The translations under genes were made by a program, and so were the position numbers. DNA of 64,000 nucleotides from Octopus vulgaris (Eukaryota), in NCBI GenBank assembly GCA_951406725.2, contig OX597827.1:58156001-58220000 (forward strand). The letters are read 5' to 3'. Positions 22,216 to 35,789 of the stretch are shown piece after piece (the first letter of the stretch is position 1; each line of letters begins with the position of its first letter). Below the pieces are notes generated by a model. That model worked only from the letters and a program-made list of their open reading frames with translations, ran no database searches and was not told where the DNA came from.

Positions 22216-24277
22216 TACACACACACGCCATTATTTCATCAATTATAATTATCCCATCCAATACTTTTTACATTTGATGTTCTTTTTCATTTCAGTCATT
22301 TAATTCCCTCCTATCTACATTTGCAAATCTAGTTAAGCATTAATTTCACATAACAAAGTGAGTACAGTTTCATGCCAGACATCATAGAAACCGTTCTTCC
22401 ATTGACTGCCTTCAGTTTACTTAGCTTCAATTTCATACTACCTACACTAACTGAGACATTATGAAGTTATTATTTGCTATGAGATATTTCTCTTTGTGTT
22501 TTATAGAACATTTATTTATATATTTTTTGCTTGTCTATTTGTTTAATTTGTATGCAGATAATAGAATCACAGCCCATTTAGAGTTCTATATCTTAACCTT
22601 CAAGATCCTGTCATTCATTTTCTTTGTTAACTTATATCATTTTTCAATAACTTTCAGCTAAAAAGTAATTCAAAACCACTTTGTACTAGTTTATCCCTTA
22701 GCAACAAATAGCCGTGAGTAGAAAGGAGAAAGATGATGGCTTGAGAGAATAGCTGCTATCAATTCTCGTTCAAAGTAGTAAACAGTGCTAAACACTAACA
22801 TTAACAACACTAAAGATACTGTCAGAACTTGAAAGGATTAAAGTGGCTTGTGATTTAAAAAAGAAGCAACAAAACGGTGGGATGGTAGGAAGAGTTTAGT
22901 GATGCAAATAATCTGGCATGTGTAATACAATCTTTAAGAAAGCAGTAATTGTTGGCAGGTATTCACAAGAACATGGTTTCATGAATAACCTTTTATCTTA
23001 AAGGGCTTATCAATTGTCATAGAGAAAAATCTTAAGTTGTACGCTTTTGAAATCAGTTAAGTTTAACAGCCATGTTTCAACTGGTTGTGCCGAAACAAAA
23101 ATTGTGATCATGTTGTTATGCACACACATTCCAGACAACCAACACAAGCTGTGAAAAACGAATAAAATAGCACTGTCATAAGATTTGCTGGTCGTTAATT
23201 AACATGTGAGTGAAACTGACAGCAGTTTTTACTACTTTAGCATATAATATAATATTGATCTGCTAACAAAAGAGACCAAGTACTGTTTTAAAAACACAGC
23301 TACTACTACTATAGTATATAACTTTCATTCACCCATCTATACAACCAAAAATGGATTTGTGGCTACTAGAGGTTGAGTTCAGCCCCTAGTGAAGCTCCTT
23401 TTATAGTCCTGAATACTTGTACATTGTATTGCCTACTCTTGTATTTCTAAATGAAAGATAGATTCATAGGTCTTATAATAGTTTAAGCAGAAGGTAGAGG
23501 CAAACATCCCTGATTTTTGTATGATCACCCCCCCACTTCCAGAAGTGAGAGGAAGGAATTACATGGATTTCTGTAGCAGAATGAAATCTCCTAAAGGTAC
23601 CCAAGGAGCTTAAAAGTGATATCAAATCAGCAACACTAATTAGGTCACCTGGTCTGCCACTCATTTTCCTCTCCCTGCAATTATTCAACTTGTTCCATTT
23701 ACATCATTGAGTAGTTTCTTTTATTAAAATTACACATTTGCAAAATTACATGTTCTGACAATATGCAAAAATATGCAAATTCTCAAAATTGTGCCTCTGA
23801 TGAGAATACAGGAAAACTCAGATTAAAATTATACAAATATGATGGCCAACAAGTGAGATATTAAAAGATATAGTGATCTCTTCAAACTTCAACACATTTA
23901 AATTAGAGGTACCCTTACTTATCGGTTTGATGAAATAACTTCTACCATTGTGAATATTCTTCAAAATGATCCAACAAGTGGTTGTTCCGTGTGTGTATGT
24001 AACACAGGTTTTGAATCAGTGTTTTTAGATAGAAAGTAGGTTGGTCCAATGCAGTATTATGATGGCCTTGTGAATAAGGTATTGACCATAGTTGTACTCT
24101 TTTGATTTATCATTGCTATGTTATAGCTTCATATTGGTGTTTAATCCCCAAGTAAACTTTAATCAGTCAAATTTATGTTCTAGAAGATTGTTGATAGCAT
24201 AAATGAAGAGGTGTTTGTGTCTCCTTGTTTTGACATCGTGTGATAGTCGTAACTGATTGTCACTATGTTACATGGCT

Positions 24278-24908
24278 AGGCATAGGGGCAGCTTTTTGGT
24301 AAGATGGTTGTTTCTCAACCACATGGTTTTGTGTTCAGTACCACTGTGTGGCACCTTGGGGAAGTGTCTTCTGCTATACAATACCTTATATATAGATTTG
24401 GTAGATGGAAACAAAGAAACCTGAAATAATATATTTCTAAATCAGAGAGATTTATGCCACAGCAACACAATAAAGTGAGAGCATGTTGTCAACTTAATGT
24501 GACGGTCTCATAAAAGAGAAGAATGCTACTGTTATTTAGTCTAGGAAACACCGGTGTTTCCTAGGGCTAAATAACAGTAGCATTCTTCCCTTTTATGGGA
24601 CTGTCACATTAAGTTGACAACATGCTAACATTTTAGGAAGAAACCTGTCGTATATATATATGCATGCATGTGTTTGTGCCTCCTTGTCTTGACATCATGT
24701 GTTAATTGTAACTGATTGTCTCTATGATACAAGCTACATCATTCATTTCCAATATTCTGCCAGAACATCTCTAGCCATGGCAAAGCATTACCTTGCTTGG
24801 GAATAGGTGAGGGTTGGCAATAGGTAGAATATCTGGCTGAGGAAAATCTGCCTTGATAAAACTCCATCCAACCTATGGAAAAAGAGAGATTAAAATGATG
24901 ATGATGAT
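24278..24908 (+). mobile_element. Hybrid SINE: family A head with a C-type (GAT)n tail, interrupted by a palindromic insert
   Basis: Head ..gtggcaccttggggaagtgtcttctgctata; tail ggtgagggttggcaa...ccatccaacc...aaaatgatgatgatgat. Confidence 0.75.
24480..24626. repeat. ~147-bp near-perfect palindrome
   Basis: Centre ggaaacacc|ggtgtttcc at 24552/24553; arms agcatgttgtcaacttaatgtgac... and ...gtcacattaagttgacaacatgct. Confidence 0.95.
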
Positions 24909-24941
24909 ACATTTATATGTAACAATAATGTAGTTTCAGGT

Positions 24942-25164
24942 TTAACCCTTTAGTATTCAGATTACTCTGTCAAGTGTAATCTTTATTCACATTGTTTTGA
25001 ATTAATCATGCATTATCTTGTAGCTTTGAGATTTTGATGATGCGATTGTTATTTTTAGGATGACATTGTAGGGTAGATGTAAGAGGCCTCACCTAGTTAG
25101 ATTGAACAAAGAATAGGTAGAATATTTTGGCTGGATATTGCCGGATTGACTGCTAAAGGGTTAA
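24942..25164. mobile_element. piggyBac-type MITE family D (reference copy)
   Basis: TTAA (24942-24945) + CCCTTTAG ... CTAAAGGG + TTAA (25161-25164); ~215 bp, non-coding. Confidence 0.85.
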
Positions 25165-25884
25165 GATCACTTTGTAGCCTTAAGTAGAATGAAATTAGGT
25201 GGACTGAAGTTATATGGAAGCTTGTTTGAGGTCTGTGTGTATATATGTATCAACATAAGAAGAGAACTCTACACTTGAATAAAAACATCTCACGGAATTA
25301 ATGATTGACTGAATAAACCCCCTTTATGTGAATGTCTCCTTAGCATTTTATATCTGACAATGTATCAGAAAACATACTAGGGTCAATAGAAAACACTCAA
25401 AAGTGGTGGGTACCACAGCATTGCCACAATTCAGAAATTGAAACCACTGAAAAAAAAAAAAGAAAAAGAAAAAACTATATCTAAACAGTTTAAAACAACT
25501 CTGTGCATATAATTCGTTTGCACTAACAAAATTTAAATGGCACAATTTTTTTGACATCTTTGAAAAATGTCTTTTCCACCACTACTTTAAATATTTAAAG
25601 GCGCTTTAGAATACTTTGTTTATTTCAACTCACCGTGTCTCTGTGTATTTAATGTTAAAATACAATTTGAGTTAAAGACAAAATTCTTTCTTCAAGTCAT
25701 TGCTCACTGTCTTTTAATATGATTATACTGAAAATAATGTGATATATGTTGTGTCTGAATATAGTTTCTGTTCATAGATCTGATATCATAAGCAGCTTGT
25801 CTGTTGTTCTACATGAAGAATAATTGTATATTCATGTTTACCTACATTTATTTTAGTGTCACTTACTTTGTGTGTGTTAGTGAC

Positions 25885-25916
<32 letters not shown>

Positions 25917-27884
25917 TTATTGAGCTAATAGGATTGATACTTTATCAATATATTTACTAATGAAACTTCCAGTGATCACCACCTCCATTTGTTGGTTCCT
26001 GAATATATTTCCTTCACTTTAAAACAAAAGTACTTACATGTATTTCCAATGCAAAATCTCCTCAAGAGTTTTCTATTGACTCAGAACCTTTGTTAAACTT
26101 TTCCTGAAAAAGAATTGCCATATGAAACATGGAATTCAAAATGTACTTTCATTGTCTACCATTTCTCTCTTCTTTTGTTTTTGCTGCTGTTCCTATTAGA
26201 ACGTATTTATGTGCTTTCATAATAATATCCTCTGCTCAACCAAATTCCCTAACTACCATGCACAAATCTGTTGCTATTGATTTATTATGAAATTATTCTA
26301 ATGAACTTTATATAACCTACAAATAATATTCTTTGATACTGCTTCACTAATGGTTTTATGTTCCATGTACAGCTGTATTGAATTCAACATAATTTCATTT
26401 GGAAAAACACTGTAAATTTTTTACTTTCAATAACATAGATTTATTATTTTCATTTTCTATCTCATGCTGGCCACAGCTGAAGGAAGCAAAAATCATTGAA
26501 ATACGTTAATGGCTTTTTTATTTCTTCATCCTTTCTGCGGAATGAGTGAGGTGGGGGAGAGAATGGTCCTGGTTGGTTAATTTCAATATGTTATCTGCTT
26601 TTTTCATATTTGGCAAATAATTTCAATGTTACATAAATGTAATTATTTATTCAGAAATATTTATTAACAATATTAAATTATATTAAAGCTGGAGAGGAAA
26701 TATGAGCTGAATTACATGTCCTTAACTACTAGCTTTGTTAGGGGCACTGGATTTGCAGAAGCATTAGCATTTTGGTCAGTATGACTTGAGGTATTTGTTC
26801 TAGCTCTTTACATTCTGACTTCAAACACCACTGAAGTCAACTTACCTTTCATCCTTCTGGTGTCAGTAAAATTAAGTACCAGTCAAATAATCAGAATGAG
26901 AATTGATTGTTCTCGTCCACCAAATTTCTAGCCTTGTTCCCATAACATCAATTGAATGTCTATTTGTTTATTTATGTATTCTGTATATTTATTTTTGCTA
27001 CTACGGTTTGCTTAACTTTTCAAAGTCTTTCATTTCACCTGTACTTTGATCAACTTTGAACTCCAATTAGTAACGCTTCTATAGTTGTATAAAGATTAGA
27101 ATATTTGCCCAGTTATGTGTGTTTTATTTCTCATGTATTGATATTTTTAATACTTTCAATATATGTTTAGTGCACATCAGACGCATGTACACAGATGTGT
27201 GACTAATTTATGCTAATACACAAGTTCTTAACAGAACACAAAGCCTGAAGGCAGGCTGGGCTGTTACTTAATTTGGTTGGTCTGAATAATCCATCAAGAT
27301 CCGTTAAAACAAATCCATCTAATTGTGTGAAATTCATCTGAAATGTAAGGGTGTTAAAATTTCTGCAAAATCATTTAAAAGCTTCTTAAGGAAATAAATG
27401 TACTGAACTCACTGCTTAATTTACTATAGAAAGAAAGGTTAAGTTAAGATTGTATCAGTAGCTGAATTGTTGGTGGAGAAGAAAGATGGAGAGTGGGTAA
27501 AATGTGTAGAAAATGAGCAGAAGCTCTTTGAGAATTACTGAATTCAAAGGGCAGGTAGTAGTGATAGAGGAAGTAAAGCAACATTCCTGACGGGGGTTCG
27601 ATAACAGTATATTTAAATAGTCAATTTCTTAAAATGCAGTGGTATTGAAGTCAGCTTCATAAAATATGAAAAGGAATAATGGATCTTTGAAAGCTAGAAA
27701 TATTTCCTGTTACTGAGACGACTTAATCATCACCATACTAATACTAATAAGAATGACTTGCACAGTTTTTAAAGTCAGCGTTTAACCTTTTCATAACTGT
27801 ATTTCACATGAAATATACTCTTTGCTTTTCAATTAATTTTTGAACATGATCAAGAATTTCTAGGCTCCTCTTCCCCCTCATTAA

Positions 27885-28245
27885 GATGGTGAGGTGGCAG
27901 AATTATTAGCATGCCAGGTGAAATGCTTTGTGGTATTTTGTCTGCCGCTATGTTCTGAGTTCAAATTCAGCCGAGTTTGACTTTGTCTTTCATCCTTTCA
28001 GGGTCGATAAGTACCTGTAAAACTCAGGGGTCTTTTAAACTGACTAGTCCCCTCCCCCAAAATTTCAGTAGAAAAGATTATTGTTGTTATTATTAAGGCA
28101 ACATGCTAGCAGAATTTAGTGCTCCAGGCAAAACGCTTAGCACACCAAGGTCAACTTTGCCTTTCATCCTTTTGGGATCAGTGAAATAACTACCAGTCAA
28201 GCACTAGGGTCGATGTAGAGGCCTTTTGCCTATAACAGAAAGGTT
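27885..28245 (+). mobile_element. Tandem pair of SINE family B (another single copy at ~26745-26945)
   Basis: gtggcagaattattagc...ctgagttcaaattc...ctttcatcctttcagggtcgataagtacc; second copy internally deleted. Confidence 0.8.
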
Positions 28246-28271
28246 TCTTCTTCTTATTCCATTCAATGGTA

Positions 28272-28670
28272 TTCTTTTATTCTTTCAGTCATTTGACTGC
28301 AGCCATGCTGGAGCACTGCCTTTAGTCAAACAAATTGACCCCAGGACTTATTCTTTGTAAACCTAGCACTTATTCTATCAGTCTCTTTTGCCGAACCGCT
28401 AAGTTATGGGGACGTAAACACACCAGCATCGGTTGTCAAGTGATGTTGGGGGGACAAACACACACAAACATATACATACATACATTCATATATATATATA
28501 TATATATGACAGGCTTCTTTCAGTTTCCATCTACCAAATCCACTCACAAGGCCTTGGTTGGCCTGAGGCTATAGTAGAAGACACTTGCCCAAATTGTTAC
28601 ACAGCGGTATTGGATCTGGAACCATGTGGTTGGTAAGCAAGCTACTTACCACACAGTCACTCCTGCGCCT
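28272..28670 (-). mobile_element. SINE family A
   Basis: Full-length match to the family. Confidence 0.95.
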
Positions 28671-28687
28671 ATATTAAGTTAATATCA

Positions 28688-28985
28688 TGAAGGTGCATGG
28701 CTTAGTGGTTAGGGATATTTGGCTCACAGTCATAGGGCTATGAGTTCAATTCCTGGTGGTACGTTGTGTTCGTTGGATAGGGCACTTTATTACATGTTGC
28801 TCCAGTCCACTCAGCTGGGGAAAATGTGTTGTACCTGTAATTCCAAGAGCCATCTTTGTCACATTCTGCGTCATACCGAATCGCCCTGAGAACTATGTTA
28901 TGGCCATGCATGCCAATTTCACAAGAAGACTATACTGTTGATTAGATCAACTGGTACCCTCATAGTTGTAACTGACAGAGTGCCT
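28688..28985 (+). mobile_element. tRNA-derived SINE family F (3' fragment also at ~42510-42650)
   Basis: A box tggcttagtggtta, B box gagttcaattcc, then gcactttattacatgttgctccagtccactcagctg. Confidence 0.75.
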
Positions 28986-29409
28986 GTAAGTTGATATCAT
29001 AAATAACACTTATCAAAAGGTCCTTATATAAAATTATGAGGGAAGGTCTTATTTTGAATTTAAATACTTTAAAATAGGGGCTGTTTATATCAATAGATCA
29101 GTCAGTCTCTAGTGAGATGGTATCAAAAGAACTAAATAATCTCAAGTGAGCAAAACATAATAAAGTGGTTATTTGTCTACAGAATAGACGTAAGATAGAA
29201 TTGCTATATCTTATTAGTTCTTTCTATAGAAAGAAAGAAAAAGAAAACATGACCATATTGTTTGGTTAAATGCCAAGAAAAACTGTAAAATAAACCAATT
29301 TAATCCAAAGTAAATCTAGTGTCGTGTCTTAATTCATCTCCTGATACTTCTGTTAAATCTCTCTCTCTCACCTAACGTTGTATACAAGATTTTAAGACTC
29401 AATCATAGA

Positions 29410-29850
29410 TTAATAGTTGTTTCTGATTTAGGCCCAAGGCCAGCAATTTTGCGGTGGGGGCGTTAAGTCGAAGCCTTTGACTCCAGAACTTGACTGGTAT
29501 TTTATCAACTCTGGAAAGATGAAAGGCAAAGTTGATGTTGGTGGGTGTTGAACTTGGAATGTAAAGCACTAGAACAAATATCAACAGACATTTTGTCCAA
29601 CACCCTAATGACTCTGCCACTTCACCTTCCTATTAACAATGGTTTCAAATTTTTGCCATAAGACCAGCAATTTCAGGGAAATAGGTACATCGATCACATC
29701 AATCCCAGTGTTCAACTGGTATTATTTTATTGACTCCAAAAAGATGAAAGCCAAAGTCAACCTTGGTGGAATTTGAACTCAGAATGTAAAGCTGGATGAA
29801 ATGTCACTTAGCAATTTGCCCAGCGTGCTAATAATTCTGCCACCTCACCA
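29410..29850 (-). mobile_element. Tandem pair of SINE family B followed by (AAT)n
   Basis: Two consecutive reverse copies: aagatgaaag(g/c)caaagt...gaact...ctaat..ctctgccac. Confidence 0.8.
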
Positions 29851-29854
29851 CCCT

Positions 29855-29901
<47 letters not shown>

Positions 29902-29994
29902 CAATCTATTTTAATATAGGAGAGCATGAGTTAGATGCATATTTTGTTTCCATTCTTTGTCTTTAATATTTAGAATTCAGAAGGTATGCATTAT

Positions 29995-30407
29995 TTTACT
30001 TGTTTCAGTCATTATACTGTGACCATGCTAGGGCACTGTCTTGAAGAATTTTGGTCAAATGAATCAACCCTTTTATTTTATTTTATTTATTTATTTTTTT
30101 CTTGTAAAGCCTGATAGTCATTCTATTGGTCCTTTTTGCTGAACCACTAAGTTACAGGAATGTAAACACACCAACACTGATTGTCAAGCAGTAGTTGGGG
30201 ACATACACACATAAATATAGGTGTGTGTATGTGTAGTTATATATACCTGATAGGCTTCTTTCAGTTTCCGTCTACCAAATCCACTCACAAGGCTTTGTTT
30301 GGCCCAAAGCTATTGCAGAAGACATTTGCCCAATGTGCCACGCAGTGGGACTGAACCTGGAACCATGTGGTTGGGAAGCAAACTTCTTACCACACAGTCA
30401 CACCTGT
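29995..30407 (-). mobile_element. SINE family A
   Basis: Full-length match to the family. Confidence 0.9.
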
Positions 30408-31406
30408 GCACATGTAATGTTTTCCCATCTCAAAGTTGGCTTGAGCAAATCATGAAAACCATGAATTCCCACTAACATTTCATGACTGTGTATTAAATGA
30501 AATGTATGTGTTATTTAATCTGAATCTGTCTTCTTTGGATACAAAGCAAACACATGTCATTATGTAAAGCTAAGGTTAGGCTGAGGACCTCCTTTGCATT
30601 TAATATTTAAGAATTTCTTTTGGATTAAACTTAGATCTGAGCAATAAAAATAGAACTGTAAATGCCTGAGAAACGGAAAATAAAATGCTTCCCCCTCCCT
30701 TCCTTTGTTCCAGCTTGAATGTTTTATTTGCTTGTACAGCATTTACTGTGTCAGTTAGTAATTAAAATAAACATTATTTACTTACAGAACAAATTTGTCA
30801 GTGGAATGTTTTGCTGCATAATGTTTATTATTTTCTGAATGAGGTTAATTGAATCTACTGTTTTAATTTTATTTCATCAATTTTATTTTTGTTGTTGGTG
30901 TTATTTGTATCTGAAGTTATTTATTAATGGGAACTATTATGTGGAATTAAGTCGGATAAGTCTTCTATCTCTGTCTGATCTTACAGGTCATAAGCTATTG
31001 GTCTTTCTTCTTTTACTGGTGCTGTAGTGCATGTCCTATGCGTATGATGTTTATCTCTTCTAGATACAAACGATATGAAATTCAGCTTGGAGACAGAGAG
31101 AAAATTAGTATTAAAGCATCAAACCAATCAATGACAGGCCTGTCGCCAGACTTTGGGGCCTGGGGTGCTTCAGAATATTCTTGGTGGGTGCTAATTAGTT
31201 TTGCGGGAAGATTTTTGTAAACTGTATTTTCTAAATCTGAGGGTGCACCATTGATTAGTGAAGGGACAATGGCATCCAGTGCACCCCCCTTAGTGACAGA
31301 CATCACTAATGATGAGGATTTTTGGTGACACGAGTTCAAAATTCTGTGAAGGCTGCCTTACTGTTCTGTATTAATTTTATATAGTAGGATATATATATAT
31401 ATGTGT

Positions 31407-31696
31407 GGAGGCGCAATGGCCCATAGGTTAGGGCAGCGGACTCGCGGTTTCCATTTCCAGAATGGGCGTTGTGTGTGTTTATTGAGCGAAAACACCTAAA
31501 GGCTCCACGAGGCTCCGGCAGGGGGTGGTGATCCCTGCTGTACTCTTTCACACTCTTTCTCCCAGTCTTTCTTCTGTTGGCCTGCTCACTTAGCCAGCGG
31601 GGTGGCGTCGTTCGAAAGCTAAAACAATGCGAACGCATTGTGACCAGCAATGTGTAACAACATCTGATGGTCTGGGCGGTCAAGTGATCACGTGAT
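31407..31696 (+). mobile_element. tRNA-derived SINE family E inserted in (TA)n
   Basis: ggaggcgcaatggcccataggttagggcagcggactcgcggt tRNA-like head, CpG-rich body, flanked by (TA)n/(CA)n. Confidence 0.75.
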
Positions 31697-31706
31697 ATAT
31701 ATATAT

Positions 31707-31737
<31 letters not shown>

Positions 31738-33269
31738 GTGTTGTCCCCAGATCTTTCTGCGAGCCGATGCAGAAGATATTAATATTATTATCCAAAATAC
31801 ACTCTCTGCAAATTTCATACTATAAATATTATTTAGTTGTTTAGAGCTAGTAATTTAGAGCATTTTTTTTACAAATAGATTTCATAATTATAAAATCCTA
31901 AAGTTAGTGACACATTACGGTTGTAATTCTATAACTCAGTTAATGGAACTCAATCAGAATATGATACTGGTAATGCCTTCGGAAAATTTCCATTCATCTC
32001 TTATGTGCCATGCTTACATAATGATCATAAAATACTTGAAAATATGGTATTCATTTTCGTTCATAATATATATATACATACACACACACACACACATAGA
32101 ATTAATTCATGAATATAACTTTTTTTTTATGCTCCTAATGAAATATATCAACTCTATTTTTTCTTTACAATCTAAGAATTGCAGATGTGCTAATTTATAA
32201 ATTTCTCATTCATTAAGTTTACAGAATATTAGGATTTGTAGAAATCTTCACAATAAACTAACTCTATACTATGAAACTTGATTATAGCTGATACGAAATA
32301 TAATTAAATTTGCATGGTATGATAAAAGTTGTAAAAAATTTTTTTCGACATAAAAATTTATCTTTAGATGGTTCATCTATTTACAAATAGCTATAGAATA
32401 TTATTCAGTTCCAATATTAACATCTTTTGTTGTGAATTTCTGAAACGAAGTTACTTTGTGCAAGACATTTTGTAAACAACTTAAGTGTCAACAAGAACAT
32501 AGTTATTGGTATTTTTACCTTATTTACATGTTTTACTATGTTTGTATGAATCACAATTCATAATCACCAGCAAGCAGCATGCTGTATAGGTTAGATAGAC
32601 CTGTCTACTCAAATTTCAATTGAGCCTGTCCTGCTAAAATCTTAACCTTGGTTGTGTCCTTATTGACACAGTTCTGCTTCTGTTGCTTCTATCACAAACA
32701 ATCCTTTATACTGACTGTATAAAAGCAATGCTTTTAATACATTATTCTGTATCTCATACAAGGTAATGTTGCATATCCTCCCCTCTAAAAAAAACAAATA
32801 AATAAAGCATAGTTTGTCCTCAACTAACAAACAAAAAAAATTGCTTGTCATTTACATCCACTATCTACATGTAACTGCCATACATGTTTTAGAAGCTTCT
32901 TTGTTGATATGTGTTTGTGGTAGGGACTTCTTAGCTCAAGTTGATATAGACAATAGCTATGTTTTAATAAGCCTTTAGATATCTGATTGTTTTGTTGAGA
33001 GTAAAAAACTGTTAAGTGGAAAACTTAACAATTTTCCAAGAAAGATGTTTTCATAAGTACAATGCACTTGACTTATTGAGGATGATATGGTGTTATGTTT
33101 GTATTAATGAATAAATAAATGATTTTTGTGTGAATATTTCAAAATATTTATCTCTTAATGACTCTGTCTCCGTTTAAAGCAAAAGTTTCATTTTATCTTG
33201 GCAGTAGGCAAATTTATTTGGAATCTTTGCCTGTTTTATTTTGACCATCTTGACCATCTTTCTTTTTTT

Positions 33270-33365
33270 CATCATCATCATCATCGTTTAATGTCCGCTT
33301 TCCATGCTAGCATGGGTTGGACGATTTTGACTGAGGGCTGGTGAACCAGATGGCTGCACCAGGCT
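33270..33365 (-). mobile_element. SINE family C 3' fragment
   Basis: (cat)n cgtttaatgtccgctttccatgctagcatgggttggacg. Confidence 0.85.
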
Positions 33366-34050
33366 CATTTTAAAAGATAAAATATCAGATATTTTAAATT
33401 GTCATTTTATGACTTGACTTCTTGTACATTTTAGTACATTCTTTTGTTTCTATAATTCAGCATGTACTCTATAAGATCATAGAATTAAAGCTTTTCTAGG
33501 TTAATCAAAGCAATTTAGATTTAACGCACAATACTGATTATAAACTAATGCTTTAAACTGATTATGGATGTAGGCGTGTCTTAATTAATAATCTTTAGAG
33601 AGGAAGAGCTTTTGGCTTTATCTAGCAGCTGATTTCTCCACTACATGTTGGAAAGCAATTTCAAAACATCTGAATATAATTTACAGCTCCCTAAATTTTA
33701 TTCCCACGAATTCAAGGGAAATAAAATATAACTATTGAATTATCTACAACTTAGATCATTGTTCCTTAAAATAAACAGAAAAAGAGAAGTAAGCAAATTG
33801 CAACCACTTGTACAGGCATGCAGTATTACAGCAAAAATTTATTTAGAGACTCAAAGAGCTGAACTTGAATTGCTAGACTTCTAATCACATGGCAATTCAC
33901 ATCTTACATTCATTATGTTTTACTCTTGGGCAAAGTACATAACTCTTCTTTCCCTTCTCTGTGTATTTGACATCAGATATGAAATAAGAGTTTGACAGAC
34001 TAGTTTACATTGGTAAGCTACAAGACAAATTTTCCAGCAATATATACATA

Positions 34051-34241
34051 CAAAGGGGAGCTGAAAAGTTCCTGGCTTTGTTAATTATGATTTTATTGAA
34101 CGTATTCCCCTCTCAAATTCACCGACTTATTGCAGCAGTCCCTCAGTTTTTCTAAGCCCTGTAAAAGAACTTGGAAAGTTGGGCCTCCAACTTGGCCTTT
34201 CACAATACCTTGAAAACCAGAAGGTTTTCAGCACTACTTCA
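34051..34241. mobile_element. Tc1/mariner-type MITE
   Basis: TA-caaaggggagctgaaaagttcctggcttt ... aaaaccagaaggttttcagcactacttca-TA imperfect TIRs. Confidence 0.7.
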
Positions 34242-34806
34242 TATGTGAATTTGTAAAAGCAATATCCCACTCAAGAAAAAAAAGAAAGTGTAAAAAATTT
34301 TTTTTAATTAAGAGAGAAAAAATTTTATTTTATGATGAAATAAATGGCATGTAAATTTGCAAATCCATGTGTACAACCTTTGCTTCATGTCTCTATCTAC
34401 TTACCATAAAAGTAACCACTTCCAACATCACTTTTTCTCTCTTGTACTCAACAAAAAGAATGGCAAAATTAATCTACTTAGCATCCTTTTGTGCCAGCAC
34501 TAGTCAAAGTGATGTAATGTGTATGGTGGAAAGATAAGGATATGAATCAGCAAGGAACCTAACTAGTAAAACTGAATTAATTGTTTTAACATGATAAAAT
34601 CTAAATATTTCACTAGTTTACATTCATTCAATACTATCACATTCTTGCATGTTTTCAAGTAAGAGTTTAATCAGAAAAATTAGACAGAAAGAAACTATAT
34701 TTCTCTAGAGGCTTGGTGGGATTTTCTACAATAAAACATAAAGATAAGGAAGGATAAAATCTGAATGAAATCTAGAACTCTTTTTTATTTCAATATTTAA
34801 ATAGTA

Positions 34807-35075
34807 CTAGACTTACTACTCAGCCTTGCCTGGTAAAGTATTCACAGAATTGTTTGCCAGTTTGTAGTATGGGAATTCACGGTACTTATGCATGCATATA
34901 TATTTAACCTAACTTCTGGACTTATTTAATTGGAACTACCCAAACATAGTAAACAATTTACATGAGTAGAAGAATTTTTTAAACAATTTTAATCCAGAAA
35001 ATCACCTGTTACTTTTGTTTTAAAGTGAAAGAGAGGAGAAAGTGAAAAATATATGAATGTGTACATGAAATGGAC

Positions 35076-35112
<37 letters not shown>

Positions 35113-35776
35113 TGGGCCATTTACACATACATGAAAACACACTCACTCACTCACCTTCTTTCTCTCTCTGACTCATGCATACACACATGCACACAAAAAA
35201 GATGTATGCATATGTAGATGTAAGTACATATACATGACAACACACTCCTTCACTCACTCTCTCTTTTTCTCTTTCTCTTCCCCTCTCTCTCTTTCACACA
35301 CACATCCATTTCATGTACATGTATATACATCTTTCACTTTCTCCTCTCTTTCACTTTAAAACAAAGGTAGATAAATAAAAAAGTTTTACGGAAATTAACG
35401 AACTCCAGATGATGAAATTGCATTCAGTTAAAAATATTTCGAAATGATTAAAATATTGTGTACGTCAAAAAGTCAATGGTTTGTCTTATCTTAAAGAGCG
35501 CAAAGACAATGTGTGTGTATATGTCACAGATAGCGAACGTGTGTTTGCGTTGATTGACATGCCATGACATTCCTTATATGTGTATGTGTGCCATGTATTT
35601 TTTCATTAAGAAATAGTAAAAACTGTGTTTAATCGTTTAAATAGAGGTCCAAATGTCACAAAAATTTGTATTGCACTACCGAAAATAAATATGTAAAAAG
35701 ATTTAAGGTAGAATATACTATTTCTGAGATATTTAAGTTACACAGAAACATCCCTAGAGTTTTAGTATTATCAAGA
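34807..35776 (-). mobile_element. Helitron-like non-autonomous element
   Basis: Minus strand begins A|TC (35776) and ends CTAG|T (34807), preceded by a decayed subterminal hairpin ccaggcaaggctgagta; internal microsatellites and an inverted repeat. Confidence 0.6.
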
Positions 35777-35789
35777 TAAGATGTTGTGT

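Noticed and set aside
31134-31303. Possible small hAT-like MITE (caggcctgtcgcc ... gtgacagacatc) under ORF 31082-31339
   Set aside because: TIR and TSD matches are too weak to call; the ORF has no recognisable homology
31336-31818. Longest ORF in the track (160 aa)
   Set aside because: Antisense translation of SINE family E and its flanking microsatellites
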